A stretch of 56,569 nucleotides of DNA from an uncultured Bacteroidales bacterium (GTDB lineage: Bacteria > Bacteroidota > Bacteroidia > Bacteroidales > WCHB1-69), in the NCBI GenBank assembly GCA_937892025.1, contig CALAVA010000029.1:1-56569 (forward strand), given 5' to 3'. This document shows, piece after piece, positions 38,654-48,147 of the stretch (position 1 is its first letter; every line of letters starts with the position of its first letter). The notes under the pieces are model-generated. The model was not told where the DNA came from and ran no database searches. It saw nothing but the letters and a program-made list of their open reading frames with translations. The position numbers were made by a program, and so were the translations under genes.

Positions 38654-39019
38654 ATGAAAAAGAAAATTAGAGAAACAGGAGAAATAATTGATGTTATTAC
38701 TTATACAGGAGGAACATCAAGAACGTCAATAGACGAAGTAAACTGTATTGATAGTAATGGCGAAGAAAAATGTCTAAGAATCAATTATTATTGGGATTTG
38801 GAAGATGTTGATGGGCTTAGCTTTGGTGAATATTGGGATAACTTTAGGAACGAATCTGCCGTTAGAATTTATTCACATAGAGTTTCAGGATTTGGAAATA
38901 GTTCTATCAATGCATCAAAAATAATGGATATTGCAATTAAAGAAACTGATGAATTAATAATGAAGTTAAAAAATAGTAAAAATGAAAAGATGGAAATTTA
39001 CAAAAGTATTCAGAATTGA
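38654..39019 (+). CDS. Hypothetical protein
   Basis: 121-aa ORF. Confidence 0.6.
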   Translation: MKKKIRETGEIIDVITYTGGTSRTSIDEVNCIDSNGEEKCLRINYYWDLEDVDGLSFGEYWDNFRNESAVRIYSHRVSGFGNSSINASKIMDIAIKETDELIMKLKNSKNEKMEIYKSIQN

Positions 39020-39170
39020 TAATCGCCTTGTTATTGGTGATTCAATAGAAGACGCAATAAGCGTCTATAAAAGTTACATCAATGATAGTTCAATTGAAAT
39101 CAGGAGGATTGAAGCACTTTCTAGTTTTATTGGGGAAACTACAAATACAGATGCAATTATTGAAGAATAA
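38982..39170 (+). CDS. Hypothetical protein
   Basis: 62-aa ORF overlapping the upstream gene by 38 nt. Confidence 0.45.
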   Translation: MKRWKFTKVFRIDNRLVIGDSIEDAISVYKSYINDSSIEIRRIEALSSFIGETTNTDAIIEE

Positions 39171-39175
39171 ATACT

Positions 39176-39493
39176 ATGAGTTCATTTATAGCAAAACAAC
39201 CTAACGGCCTTTATTGTCGATTTTCAACTGTTGTTGACACTGTTACACATTGGAATATGACCGAAGAAGACTATATCAACATGCTGTCTGAACAAGATGC
39301 TGAAGATAATAGAATAGAAGCAAAGAAATCGCTTGAAAAATATTTGGAACCTTTTGACAAAGTGAAAGACTATTTTTTCCCTGCTAACAACACAATTGAA
39401 GAATTCAATGAAATGTTAATAGAAATGGGAGATAATGAAGGACTTGGTGAAGAAAGAATTAGTAACATTAAAGAAATATTAATAGACAGATAA
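39176..39493 (+). CDS. Hypothetical protein
   Basis: 105-aa ORF. Confidence 0.6.
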   Translation: MSSFIAKQPNGLYCRFSTVVDTVTHWNMTEEDYINMLSEQDAEDNRIEAKKSLEKYLEPFDKVKDYFFPANNTIEEFNEMLIEMGDNEGLGEERISNIKEILIDR

Positions 39494-39494
39494 A

Positions 39495-39788
39495 ATGGGA
39501 ATTTACAAAAAATGGAAAGAGCGCAATGCGTTCAATGCTGAAAATTGCAGAAGAAAACAACAAAAAGTTTTGAATGAAAATTACAACAAGAAAATAGAAG
39601 ATATTCGTGCAAGAATTGACTATGTTGTTGGTAATTCAACAGAAGAACACGCCGTTATCTATTGTGTAAATCCTTTAGACAGAGATATGTACGTGAAAAT
39701 TAGTGATTTTTTCTACAGCCTTGGGTTTATTGCTGTGATTACACCAATTCAAGGGCTTCAAGATGAATATCTTATAATTAGTTGGTAA
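39495..39788 (+). CDS. Hypothetical protein
   Basis: 97-aa ORF. Confidence 0.6.
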   Translation: MGIYKKWKERNAFNAENCRRKQQKVLNENYNKKIEDIRARIDYVVGNSTEEHAVIYCVNPLDRDMYVKISDFFYSLGFIAVITPIQGLQDEYLIISW

Positions 39789-39792
39789 TGTT

Positions 39793-40164
39793 ATGGTAAT
39801 ATTTTTATTTCTTTATTTTATTAATCTTGTTTTGGATTTTCCATTACAGTCTGATTTTATGTCAAAGTATAAATCACAAAGCGACTATGTTCTATTTGTG
39901 CATTGTGCAATTTGGGGACTTGGCCTTTGGTTTGCACTTATGCCTTTGGGATTGTTTGCTTGGTGGAAACTTGTAATGCTTGTTGGTGGCCATTTTATTA
40001 TTGACAGGTGGAAATGTCACAAACATTATAAATTATGGCCAATGAAAAAGACTCCGTTGCCATTTGGCGATGGGTACAAAAAAGAGCCTGTAATTTCTGA
40101 TTTTGGTTCTCTTTATATTGACCAGACATTACATGCAGTACAAGTTTTATTGTGCCTTATTTAA
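39793..40164 (+). CDS. Membrane protein (DUF3307-like?)
   Basis: Three or four hydrophobic segments; 'LDFPLQSDF' and 'HFIIDRWK' resemble DUF3307 from memory. Confidence 0.55.
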   Translation: MVIFLFLYFINLVLDFPLQSDFMSKYKSQSDYVLFVHCAIWGLGLWFALMPLGLFAWWKLVMLVGGHFIIDRWKCHKHYKLWPMKKTPLPFGDGYKKEPVISDFGSLYIDQTLHAVQVLLCLI

Positions 40165-40188
40165 TTAAAGTTAAAATAATGGAAAATA

Positions 40189-40488
40189 ATGAACAATATA
40201 GATAAATTAAAAGCATTACAATACGACATTAAAGAATATGCAAAGTATCTTGAATGCAATACATATAATCCATATGAAAGGGTTCAAGAGTTTGCAATAC
40301 GATTGAGGTCCATTATCAATGATTTAGATAATAATTGTTTAAACATTGGTACTGAAGAAGAACCTGTTCAGATAACTAAAGACGAATATTTTGATGAATG
40401 GTTTGCTTGTGGAGCTCCTGAAGAAAAAACTTATCGTATGTGTTTCGATGAAGGTATCCATTATGCAGAATTGAAACAAAAAAGATAA
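40189..40488 (+). CDS. Hypothetical protein
   Basis: 99-aa ORF. Confidence 0.6.
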   Translation: MNNIDKLKALQYDIKEYAKYLECNTYNPYERVQEFAIRLRSIINDLDNNCLNIGTEEEPVQITKDEYFDEWFACGAPEEKTYRMCFDEGIHYAELKQKR

Positions 40489-40560
40489 AACAGCGTCTTA
40501 GTCTTAAATGTAAAATACGGCTAAAGATATATGACTATATCAGAAGAGTCGGTTATTATT

Positions 40561-40593
<33 letters not shown>

Positions 40594-40647
40594 TAGGCGA
40601 TGAGTATGCCTATTGGTGGTAAAGAATTTTAACAGCGATATTTTACA

Positions 40648-40785
40648 ATGAGTAGAGAAAAAAATTGTATGGATTGTTTCCATCAGTACCATTGTCTAAT
40701 GGTACAAGAGGATTGTAATTTTAACCCTGACACTTGCCCTTATAATCCAGATAAAAACAATGTTAGACAAGAATGGGAGTGCTAG
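40648..40785 (+). CDS. Small Cys-rich protein (45 aa)
   Basis: 'NCMDCFHQYHCLMVQEDCNFNPDTCPYNP'. Ends in TAG. Confidence 0.35.
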   Translation: MSREKNCMDCFHQYHCLMVQEDCNFNPDTCPYNPDKNNVRQEWEC

Positions 40786-40949
40786 ATTTAATCGAATATC
40801 TGAAAAAGATAAATGATTTAAAAGAAGGCGTATCTTCTTATGCCTATGAAGAAGATTATAAATTAAGGAGCGGAGACACAAAAAAAATTGGTCATCATTG
40901 CACTGACATACTCCCACGAATGAATTCGTGGGGTTCTTTTTTTTATTAA
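40773..40949 (+). CDS. Small ORF (58 aa) whose C-terminus is encoded by repeat copy H
   Basis: 'MGVLDLIEYLKKINDLKEG...HHC|TDILPRMNSWGSFFY*'. The last 15 codons lie in the repeat. Confidence 0.3.
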   Translation: MGVLDLIEYLKKINDLKEGVSSYAYEEDYKLRSGDTKKIGHHCTDILPRMNSWGSFFY

Positions 40950-40963
40950 GAACACATATTTGT
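40903..40963 (+). repeat. Structured repeat, copy H (hairpins 1-2)
   Basis: CTGACATACTCCCACGAA-TGAA-TTCGTGGGG, GTTCTT-TTTTTTATT-AAGAAC, ACATATTTGT. Confidence 0.85.
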
Positions 40964-41144
40964 CTGTGATGTAAAAGTATTAAATGAGAATAGTCCTGAA
41001 TATAAAAATTATTATTTCAGTTCAAAAGGATATTGATTTTGTGATTATTGACCAAGTTTACAACAATACAAATTTGAGGATGAATATGAATCTATTGAAT
41101 TAGAATATATTGAATCAAATGAAAATTAAGTTGCTAATTTGTTA

Positions 41145-41167
41145 TTTTGGCATGATTTTTGTATATT
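41145..41167 (+). promoter_or_regulatory. -24/-12-like motif
   Basis: TTTTGGCAT-GATTT-TTGTATATT, 28 nt upstream of ATG 41195. Confidence 0.55.
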
Positions 41168-41194
41168 AGTAAGTAAATACTAAAATTTAAAATT

Positions 41195-41722
41195 ATGTTT
41201 TTTACTGTAATCGGAGGATTTAGTTTGTTATGCTCATTTGGCTTCTTAATCATTGGAGAATTTCTTAATTCGCTTTTCCTTTTTTTGGCAGGTGCTTTAT
41301 TCCTTTTTATTGGCCATAAAATAAAGGAAAGCCAAGAAAGACAAAGACGTGCATATTCAATTGAATATAATAATAACATATCAATTGAAAATGAGAAAGT
41401 TAAAGAAGAATATGATAGATTTGCTTACGATACAAGCATTAGAAATGGAATGACCATTGAAGAAGTTAAATCAATTTGCCCATATAGATTAGTTTCAGAG
41501 GTACAAAAGACATCTGCACAATTAAAAGGAATTTGTCCTACATGCGGTGGTAAAATAGTAGACGGAACTTGCCAATATTGTGGAAATTTATATAATGACC
41601 ATAGTAACATTACAGTGCTTACTTATCTGTGCAAATACGGAAAAAGGGCTTATACGTTTAATCATGGAAAACTTGAATCAATTTATACTGAATCACAACC
41701 TTTAAATAATTTTTTGATATGA
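41195..41722 (+). CDS. Membrane protein with C-terminal zinc ribbon
   Basis: Two N-terminal TM helices, then 'CPTCGGKIVDGTCQYCG'. Confidence 0.6.
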   Translation: MFFTVIGGFSLLCSFGFLIIGEFLNSLFLFLAGALFLFIGHKIKESQERQRRAYSIEYNNNISIENEKVKEEYDRFAYDTSIRNGMTIEEVKSICPYRLVSEVQKTSAQLKGICPTCGGKIVDGTCQYCGNLYNDHSNITVLTYLCKYGKRAYTFNHGKLESIYTESQPLNNFLI

Positions 41723-41940
41723 AAATTTATGCTTATTATTTAGAAGATGAAAGAATCCATTCTGTAGGAATCTGCGAAGATTCAAAACTTACAGACCAAG
41801 AACTTGTTGATAAAGTTAAAGAACTTAACGAAAAGGAAGGAAGAGAAGCATATAAATTATTTGATATCCCCGAATGTATGGATTATCTGAAACAAGAATT
41901 TGAAAAATTAAAAGAAAACATAACAAATCAAGAAAAATGA
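41719..41940 (+). CDS. Hypothetical protein
   Basis: 73-aa ORF with ATGA overlaps at both ends. Confidence 0.6.
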   Translation: MKIYAYYLEDERIHSVGICEDSKLTDQELVDKVKELNEKEGREAYKLFDIPECMDYLKQEFEKLKENITNQEK

Positions 41941-42374
41941 AAACAGTAACATGTGCATTAGTAATGATTAATAAATATGGTGACATTCTTGGATGCCATG
42001 CATATGGAAAAAGAACTGAAAATGGATATGATTTTCCTAAAGGCTGCTATGACAAAGAAGATGGTGACCACCTTACAACAGCTTTGAGAGAACTGAGAGA
42101 AGAAACTGGCATTATCCTTTCAAAAAGCGAACCAATAATTGATGCGGGAATCCATAACCATAACTCAAGAAAGGATATCCATATATTCATTTACCAAGTT
42201 AAACATTTTCCCGATATTCAAAAATTGAATTGTACTTCTTATTTTACCGATAGGCATGGAAAAGAAGTGCCAGAAATGGATGGATATGCAATAATCCATA
42301 AAAAAGATAGAGCTAAATATTTTTATCACATATTACAAAATAAATTTGAATTAATTGATAAACTAAATAATTAA
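41937..42374 (+). CDS. Nudix hydrolase
   Basis: Nudix box 'GCYDKEDGDHLTTALRELREETGI'. Confidence 0.75.
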   Translation: MKTVTCALVMINKYGDILGCHAYGKRTENGYDFPKGCYDKEDGDHLTTALRELREETGIILSKSEPIIDAGIHNHNSRKDIHIFIYQVKHFPDIQKLNCTSYFTDRHGKEVPEMDGYAIIHKKDRAKYFYHILQNKFELIDKLNN

Positions 42375-42505
42375 AACCATGAACATTATTGATTAAAACA
42401 AAACAAAATGGAAACAAAGGATGGAGAAACAAAAAAAAATAATGTCGTTTGTTTATGGAAGAAAACACGGATTTGATTAATAATTAATAATTATTTTATA
42501 CTATA

Positions 42506-43036
42506 ATGAAAAAACCATTTGATTTAAGCTATTACTACGCCCATCCAGATTGCAAGGTGGAAACGAGGAACGGCCTCAATGCAGAATTTGTTGGATTCCG
42601 TGGCGATGATATGATATGCTGGGTTAGTGGTGCGTACCGTAGTTATAATCACGATGGAACGATAATAGACCGTGATTACTCACATTATGACCTATTCATC
42701 GTCACTGACAAGCCTGAATTTGGGGTGTTTGGAAATCATATTAAGGAGTTGATAGAAGCCTATAACAAAGGCAAAGCCGATGCCTTGAAAGAGTTTGAGA
42801 GCAAGTGCAAGTTTAGTTCTGATATTGAACATGGATATGTCTATGGGTTAGGTTTTAAGGCCGGCAAGGAAGATGCATTAAAGGACTTGCCGAGGTGGGA
42901 GAAATCTAACGCTCTAAACACAAGGCAAACCATAGTTGTTGCCGGATATACGAAAGATAAAGATGAGTTGTATCACAATGGTAATATAATTTCTATTAAA
43001 GACCTCGAAAAACTGCCTGGATTTAAGGATGAATAA
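42506..43036 (+). CDS. Hypothetical protein
   Basis: 176-aa ORF. Confidence 0.6.
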   Translation: MKKPFDLSYYYAHPDCKVETRNGLNAEFVGFRGDDMICWVSGAYRSYNHDGTIIDRDYSHYDLFIVTDKPEFGVFGNHIKELIEAYNKGKADALKEFESKCKFSSDIEHGYVYGLGFKAGKEDALKDLPRWEKSNALNTRQTIVVAGYTKDKDELYHNGNIISIKDLEKLPGFKDE

Positions 43037-43150
43037 CTATGGCACAAAAGGTCTTGCACTTGAAGCACCTGAAAATATGTATCAAATTGACAAATAAAAT
43101 GGAATACGATAATAAGCAGAAATGTAATCTATAAAATTTTGATATAAAAT

Positions 43151-44026
43151 ATGAAAGCATTGCAATCGTTTGTTGATATTCTTTATCAAAATGGATATAA
43201 AGAAACAAAAGCAGCCTACCAATTTTTAGATGGTGCATTGGAAATTGTTGAATTCTACAAGGAAGATTACCATATATGGTTTTATGTTTATCCTACTCCT
43301 GATTTTAAAAAGTGGCTTGAAAGTTATGAAGGAGAATATAAAATTGATTACAAAAACTACTATGTATCTGGTATAAATATTGAATCCCCTCTTTGCAATA
43401 TTGATGGCTTCACTGATGGTGATACAAGTTGTATTCAATTAGAAGAAGAACCTAATGAGTATGTCAAACACGGATTTGATTTGTTTGAATATTGTTTGAC
43501 ATTACAGACACCAAATCTTCTGAAGCATGAAATGAAAATCATGAGACACAGGCTCGAACACTTGGAATGGGCAGAAAAGAATCTCGTTCCTGTGCTTGAA
43601 AAATATGATTATTTTGCTGAATATGATTCTTTTTTCAATACTGAAAATGACAGGGATAGTTCTAATCAATTGATTACTTTCAAACATAAAAACAGTTTTA
43701 GAGGAATTATAAGCATTGAAACTGATGCTCTTACTGGCGATATTAATATTGTCGCAGACGGAATCAATGTAAGTGATATGTATGGTAAGAATGCAGAAGA
43801 AGTATTTACTATAATGCTTGAAAAAGTATGGAAAGACGATGATGTGCAATATGGATATATCTTTAGTGGAGACCCAAAAGAAACTGTTGATTCTGCCACT
43901 GAAATACGTTGTTTGTTGCAAGCAATTAGAGAAGGACAACGTGACGATACAATTAACTTTGACATTATTCCTGAACGTTATAACAAAGATGTTGAAAAAT
44001 ATAATGATATAATAAAAGAAAAATAA
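43151..44026 (+). CDS. Hypothetical protein
   Basis: 291-aa ORF; the antisense ORFs are low-complexity. Confidence 0.65.
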   Translation: MKALQSFVDILYQNGYKETKAAYQFLDGALEIVEFYKEDYHIWFYVYPTPDFKKWLESYEGEYKIDYKNYYVSGINIESPLCNIDGFTDGDTSCIQLEEEPNEYVKHGFDLFEYCLTLQTPNLLKHEMKIMRHRLEHLEWAEKNLVPVLEKYDYFAEYDSFFNTENDRDSSNQLITFKHKNSFRGIISIETDALTGDINIVADGINVSDMYGKNAEEVFTIMLEKVWKDDDVQYGYIFSGDPKETVDSATEIRCLLQAIREGQRDDTINFDIIPERYNKDVEKYNDIIKEK

Positions 44027-44287
44027 TATGATATTTTATCATAGTACATCAATAGAAAATTGGAAAAATACAGTCAGAAGGAATTCTGTATGGTAGAAGA
44101 TATGTCCTGTATAATGACGGTAGTTGTAAATAAGTTGACAGATGTACATAATCTCACACCTGACATTGAAGAATCCAAACAATATGGCGAAATAGTATTA
44201 CAAGTAGAATATGACCTACATAACTCTAAACATAATAATTATAATCCAAACTTATGTTTTACTGAAATCTACGAAAACAAGAAGTAG
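44027..44287 (+). pseudogene. Probable frameshifted gene
   Basis: 'MIFYHSTSIENWKN..' (frame 1), '..KIQSEGILYGRRYVLYNDGSCK*' (frame 2) and '..VVNKLTDVHNLTPDIEESKQYGEIVLQVEYD..' (frame 3) read like one protein split by two frameshifts. Confidence 0.35.
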
Positions 44288-44307
44288 TTTGGCACGATTA
44301 TTGTAAG
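44288..44307 (+). promoter_or_regulatory. -24/-12-like motif
   Basis: TTTGGCAC-GATTA-TTGTAAG, 64 nt upstream of ATG 44371. Confidence 0.5.
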
Positions 44308-44370
44308 TAACACTATTGTATAACCAATTAGTTGGCAAATAAGAGTATATGAACATAAAGTAAAGAAACT

Positions 44371-44661
44371 ATGACACAAGAAGAAATAATGGCCTATGAC
44401 AAGATGATAATAGAAATGTGTTCACAAGTTGACCCAAAGTCTAAAAACATTTTTATGCCAATACCAAAGGGCGAGGAATATAGGTACATGTGTTTTCAAT
44501 TAGCACAAGGTTACGAAATGGATTACATCTCATTTCCTTATATATTAGTCAATGAATTTGGCGAGGGTGAACATGTCGATTCTTTTAATAGCAGACATCC
44601 AAATTTTGCACAAGACATTTCTGATTGTAGAACATGGTGGAAACAGAAAACAAAGTATTAA
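44371..44661 (+). CDS. Hypothetical protein
   Basis: 96-aa ORF. Confidence 0.6.
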   Translation: MTQEEIMAYDKMIIEMCSQVDPKSKNIFMPIPKGEEYRYMCFQLAQGYEMDYISFPYILVNEFGEGEHVDSFNSRHPNFAQDISDCRTWWKQKTKY

Positions 44662-44666
44662 AAGTT

Positions 44667-45074
44667 ATGACACAAAAAGACAAAGAACTATTACTTAAAG
44701 ACCTATGTGCAAGGCTACCATATAATGTTAAAATTGCATTTTATTATAAGAGTAATGCTGGAATAACTATTAATGAAGATAGAGACTTACAGTTTGATGA
44801 TGTCAAAGCCATAAAATATGATACAGATTCGCAAGACTGTTGGTATGAAATTTCACGCAAGCCTTATCTTCGTCCAATGTCAAGTATGACTGAGGAAGAA
44901 GAGAAAGAATATCATAAAGTTCTTATTAAATCCCAAGAATGCTCTTTTAGGAACAGTGAATCTGCGACTACAATAGTAAATGATTGGCTACTATCTAAGA
45001 ACTTTGACGTAAGAGGTCTTATAGAAAAGGGATTAGCCTTAGAATCTCCAGAAGGAATGTATAAAACAGAATAA
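44667..45074 (+). CDS. Hypothetical protein
   Basis: The track start 44634 overlaps the upstream gene by 28 nt; ATG 44667 ('MTQKDKELL') avoids this. Confidence 0.6.
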   Translation: MTQKDKELLLKDLCARLPYNVKIAFYYKSNAGITINEDRDLQFDDVKAIKYDTDSQDCWYEISRKPYLRPMSSMTEEEEKEYHKVLIKSQECSFRNSESATTIVNDWLLSKNFDVRGLIEKGLALESPEGMYKTE

Positions 45075-45077
45075 GAT

Positions 45078-45245
45078 ATGATTACATACAAAAAGATAGA
45101 AGAGGCTAAGATAATAATTGAAAAATGTTGTAACTGTATCAACAATGGTAATATCAATAGCCTTGCAAGTTATGAAGAAGGTGTAAAAGATGCCTTAAAT
45201 TGGATACTTTATGATGATATGAAACCAATTGTTGAAGAGTTATGA
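45078..45245 (+). CDS. Small hypothetical protein (55 aa)
   Basis: ATG 45078 to TGA 45245, with an ATGA overlap onto the next gene. Confidence 0.4.
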   Translation: MITYKKIEEAKIIIEKCCNCINNGNINSLASYEEGVKDALNWILYDDMKPIVEEL

Positions 45246-45631
45246 TTACAGAAGACTATTGTTCATACGAAGTTAGCAAGCTTCTTAAAGAGAAGGGGTT
45301 TTATCAAGACTGCTATTCATATCCAGTATATTGGATGAATGGCAAAAATCCTGTACTATCTTTTGAAGGAAATGATGATTTTCCTTATGAACAAAATGAA
45401 GCTTGCGCCCCTTCTCAATCCGTAGCGATGAAGTGGCTGAGAGAAGTACATAATATCTATATAATGATAGATAAAGACTTTGCTACAACTAATGGATGGC
45501 ATTATTTTATATCTACAAAGGATATGTGGGAGAATAATGTAGACAAATCTGTTCAGCAAGAGTCAAATAATTATACTTACGAAGAAGCTTGTGAAGCATC
45601 TATTAAGTATTGTTTAGAAAATTTAATTTAG
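45242..45631 (+). CDS. Hypothetical protein
   Basis: 129-aa ORF. Confidence 0.6.
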   Translation: MITEDYCSYEVSKLLKEKGFYQDCYSYPVYWMNGKNPVLSFEGNDDFPYEQNEACAPSQSVAMKWLREVHNIYIMIDKDFATTNGWHYFISTKDMWENNVDKSVQQESNNYTYEEACEASIKYCLENLI

Positions 45632-45765
45632 ATATGGCAGAGAAAATGATAGCCACTAACACAGAAACGAAAATGAACTACACATCAATCGAGCAAAGTA
45701 AGAAACTTTTGGAACCAGATAAGATTTATCTGAAGGAATGTATAATTTAAAATATTGAAGCAATT

Positions 45766-46098
45766 ATGACAAAGTACATTGATACAGAAAAAATGAAAGC
45801 CGAGATAGAGCGGCGTTTGTCCTACCTCCATGTTGAGAGTGGACAGGGGATAATTCTTACTCAAGAATTAAGGAACCAACTTATAAGCCTTCTTTCCTTC
45901 ACAGACTCTCTTCAGCAGGAGCAGCCTTCTCTCCCATCCAATCTTAACGAGGCAGCAAAGAATTATGCCACAGAATACACCGAAAACGAAAATGGTAATG
46001 GTGGCGATGATTGGGAGGATGATATTGCTATTGCTTTCAAGGATGGAGCAGAGTGGATGGCAGAACAAATGATAACTTCTAAAACAAAACAACTATGA
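45766..46098 (+). CDS. Hypothetical protein (first of a repeat-module family)
   Basis: 110-aa ORF in a higher-G+C region; 'LSFTDSLQQEQPSLPSN'. Confidence 0.6.
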   Translation: MTKYIDTEKMKAEIERRLSYLHVESGQGIILTQELRNQLISLLSFTDSLQQEQPSLPSNLNEAAKNYATEYTENENGNGGDDWEDDIAIAFKDGAEWMAEQMITSKTKQL

Positions 46099-46541
46099 CA
46101 CAAGAAGAAAAAGCAAAAGCCTATGATGAGGCTTTAGAAAAAGCAAAGATGATGATAGTTGATGGCGGTTATGATGCATTTAATAACCCATTTGTTAAAC
46201 TTTTCCCCGAACTCAAAGAGAGCGAGGATGAGAAGATAAGGAAAGCCATCGTGAATGTCATAGAAAATGGCTTCACATTAAGAGAGGATTGTCATTACTT
46301 TTTTGATGATTTCACAAAAGAACAAATGCTTTCTTGGCTTGAAAAGCAAGGTGAGCAGAAGCCTATGTCACAAGATTATGATGAGGCTTTTGACGAGTTT
46401 ATGAGCCATATCCCTGAAAAAGACCCCAACGGCGGTGACACTTGCTATGATTACGATGACATGCTGTCCGCAATTCGGTTTGGCATCAATTGGCAGAAAG
46501 AGCAGAATACTGATGGGTGGAGTGATGAAGATGAAGAATGA
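46095..46541 (+). CDS. Repeat-module protein ('FPELKESEDEKIRK' / 'WLEKQGEQKP')
   Basis: Shares a near-identical 43-nt DNA block with the gene at 46853. Confidence 0.65.
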   Translation: MTQEEKAKAYDEALEKAKMMIVDGGYDAFNNPFVKLFPELKESEDEKIRKAIVNVIENGFTLREDCHYFFDDFTKEQMLSWLEKQGEQKPMSQDYDEAFDEFMSHIPEKDPNGGDTCYDYDDMLSAIRFGINWQKEQNTDGWSDEDEE

Positions 46542-46839
46542 AGCACTTAGAGATTTCCTAGTTAATTCTGATGATACTGGGAGATTTATAGTAAAGAGCT
46601 TAAAGACTGGACATACTTATTATGTTGAGCCTCTCGACGGTGGTGAAAGAATAGATTGGGGAGACTTAAATCCTGCTACCAAAAAGTTAGAAGGAGACTA
46701 TGGAAGTAAACATAAAGGAGCAATAAAAGAATCAGAATCACTTATTACCGAGGAAAATGGATTCACAAACATAACTACCCTGCCTCCTGGATACTCACCG
46801 CTCGAATATATAGAAGAACTAGATAAAAAAAATAACTAA
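46525..46839 (+). CDS. Hypothetical protein
   Basis: The track start 46435 lies deep inside the upstream gene; ATG 46525 ('MKMKNEALRDF') is preferred. Confidence 0.55.
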   Translation: MKMKNEALRDFLVNSDDTGRFIVKSLKTGHTYYVEPLDGGERIDWGDLNPATKKLEGDYGSKHKGAIKESESLITEENGFTNITTLPPGYSPLEYIEELDKKNN

Positions 46840-46852
46840 AAACTGTATAATC

Positions 46853-47662
46853 ATGGACTACGAAAAGAAATACAAAGAGGCTCTTGAAATAATGGAAAAG
46901 TATCTTAAAAGTTGTAATGCTGGGGTTATTGCAGAAAATACCATCAAAGAAGCATTCCCCGAACTCAAAGAGAGCAAGGATGAGAAGATAAGGAAATCTA
47001 TTTGGCAAGTCTTGTCAAGAGGAGAATCTACAAGAGTCCTTAATGCATTGGGTATCCAATTATCCGAAGCATTTGACTGGCTTGAAAAGCAGAAAAATAC
47101 AACTTCAGTAACATCTATACATGAAGCATATGAAAGCGGTTTTAACAATGGAATCAACACTGTTGTGCAAGAACCTGAAGAGTATGGATTACTGAAAGAG
47201 CAGAAGTCTGCTTGTAGTGAAGAGGATGAGAAGATAAGGAAAGAACTTATTGAATTTCTTTGTGAATTATCGAAATTAGGGAAAAATACTAATTTTGATA
47301 GATGGAGTAAAGCTGACTGTGCTAATTGGCTTGCTTGGCTTGAGAAGCAGTGTGAGCAGAAGCCAGCAGAGTGGAGCGAAGTGGATGAAGTTATGATAGA
47401 ACTTATCACAGATTCTCTAAAATGTTTGTTAGAAGAACATCGTAATAGTATCGCTGATTCACAAATACAAAAAGAAATTGCTTGGCTAAAATCTCTCAGT
47501 CCCAACAAAAAACAGGAGTGGAGTGGGGTAAATGAAAAAGTTGTCATGTGTTGTAAATTTCTTCGTGACGCTTTATTGTGTATAGACTATGATGATTCAC
47601 ACAAGAATGATATAGAAAAATGTATTCAGTGGCTTAATTCCCTCAGACCTCAGAACCAATAG
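46853..47662 (+). CDS. Repeat-module protein with three internal modules, ended by an in-frame TAG
   Basis: Contains 'FPELKESKDEKIRK', 'SEEDEKIRKELIEF', 'WLEKQCEQKPAEWSEVDE' and 'WLNSLRPQNQ*'. The frame stays open for 41 more codons after the TAG. Confidence 0.65.
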   Translation: MDYEKKYKEALEIMEKYLKSCNAGVIAENTIKEAFPELKESKDEKIRKSIWQVLSRGESTRVLNALGIQLSEAFDWLEKQKNTTSVTSIHEAYESGFNNGINTVVQEPEEYGLLKEQKSACSEEDEKIRKELIEFLCELSKLGKNTNFDRWSKADCANWLAWLEKQCEQKPAEWSEVDEVMIELITDSLKCLLEEHRNSIADSQIQKEIAWLKSLSPNKKQEWSGVNEKVVMCCKFLRDALLCIDYDDSHKNDIEKCIQWLNSLRPQNQ

Positions 47663-47784
47663 AAGCCAAGTGAGGAGCAATTAATAGATTTAGAATTATC
47701 TATAAAATATCTCTTGACTAAAGAGCAAGACATTAAAGTTCCATTATTAGAATATTTATATGACAAACTTAAAAACTTTAAATT

Positions 47785-48147
47785 ATGAATGCAACACTAA
47801 GACAAAGAATTGAAGAAGCAGCGAGGGAATACAATATTCGTGCATATTCTCCATTTGATGACAATTATGAGTTGTCAAGACAGTTTGAAAATGATTGTAA
47901 CTGTTTTAAAGAAGGTGCCACCTTCGCATTGCAGAACCAATGGATAAGCGTGGAAGATGCATTACCAAATAAAAATGGTTTGTACTTAACACTAAACATT
48001 AATAGCACAAATCAAACATTTGCAGACACTTGTCAATGGAATGCAAAAGGAAAGTATTGGTATACAGAACTATGCGGTGATGTATTTTATCACGAAAGAA
48101 CCCATTGGATGGAAATCCCAAAACTAAAAGATAAAAATGAACCATGA
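47785..48147 (+). CDS. DUF551-like protein
   Basis: 'QWISVEDALPNKNG...' and 'THWMEIPKL' match the DUF551 signature (WisV..rLP ... tHWmplP). Confidence 0.6.
   Translation: MNATLRQRIEEAAREYNIRAYSPFDDNYELSRQFENDCNCFKEGATFALQNQWISVEDALPNKNGLYLTLNINSTNQTFADTCQWNAKGKYWYTELCGDVFYHERTHWMEIPKLKDKNEP

Noticed and set aside
46858-47547. A 229-aa antisense ORF, and other long antisense ORFs (20920-21276, 21349-21855, 21987-22265, 25959-26372, 43502-43939, 1648-1989).
   Set aside because: Each lies opposite a longer ORF with recognisable motifs or repeat modules. They have Ser/Leu/Phe-rich low-complexity translations and arise from the G+C-richer or repetitive sense genes.
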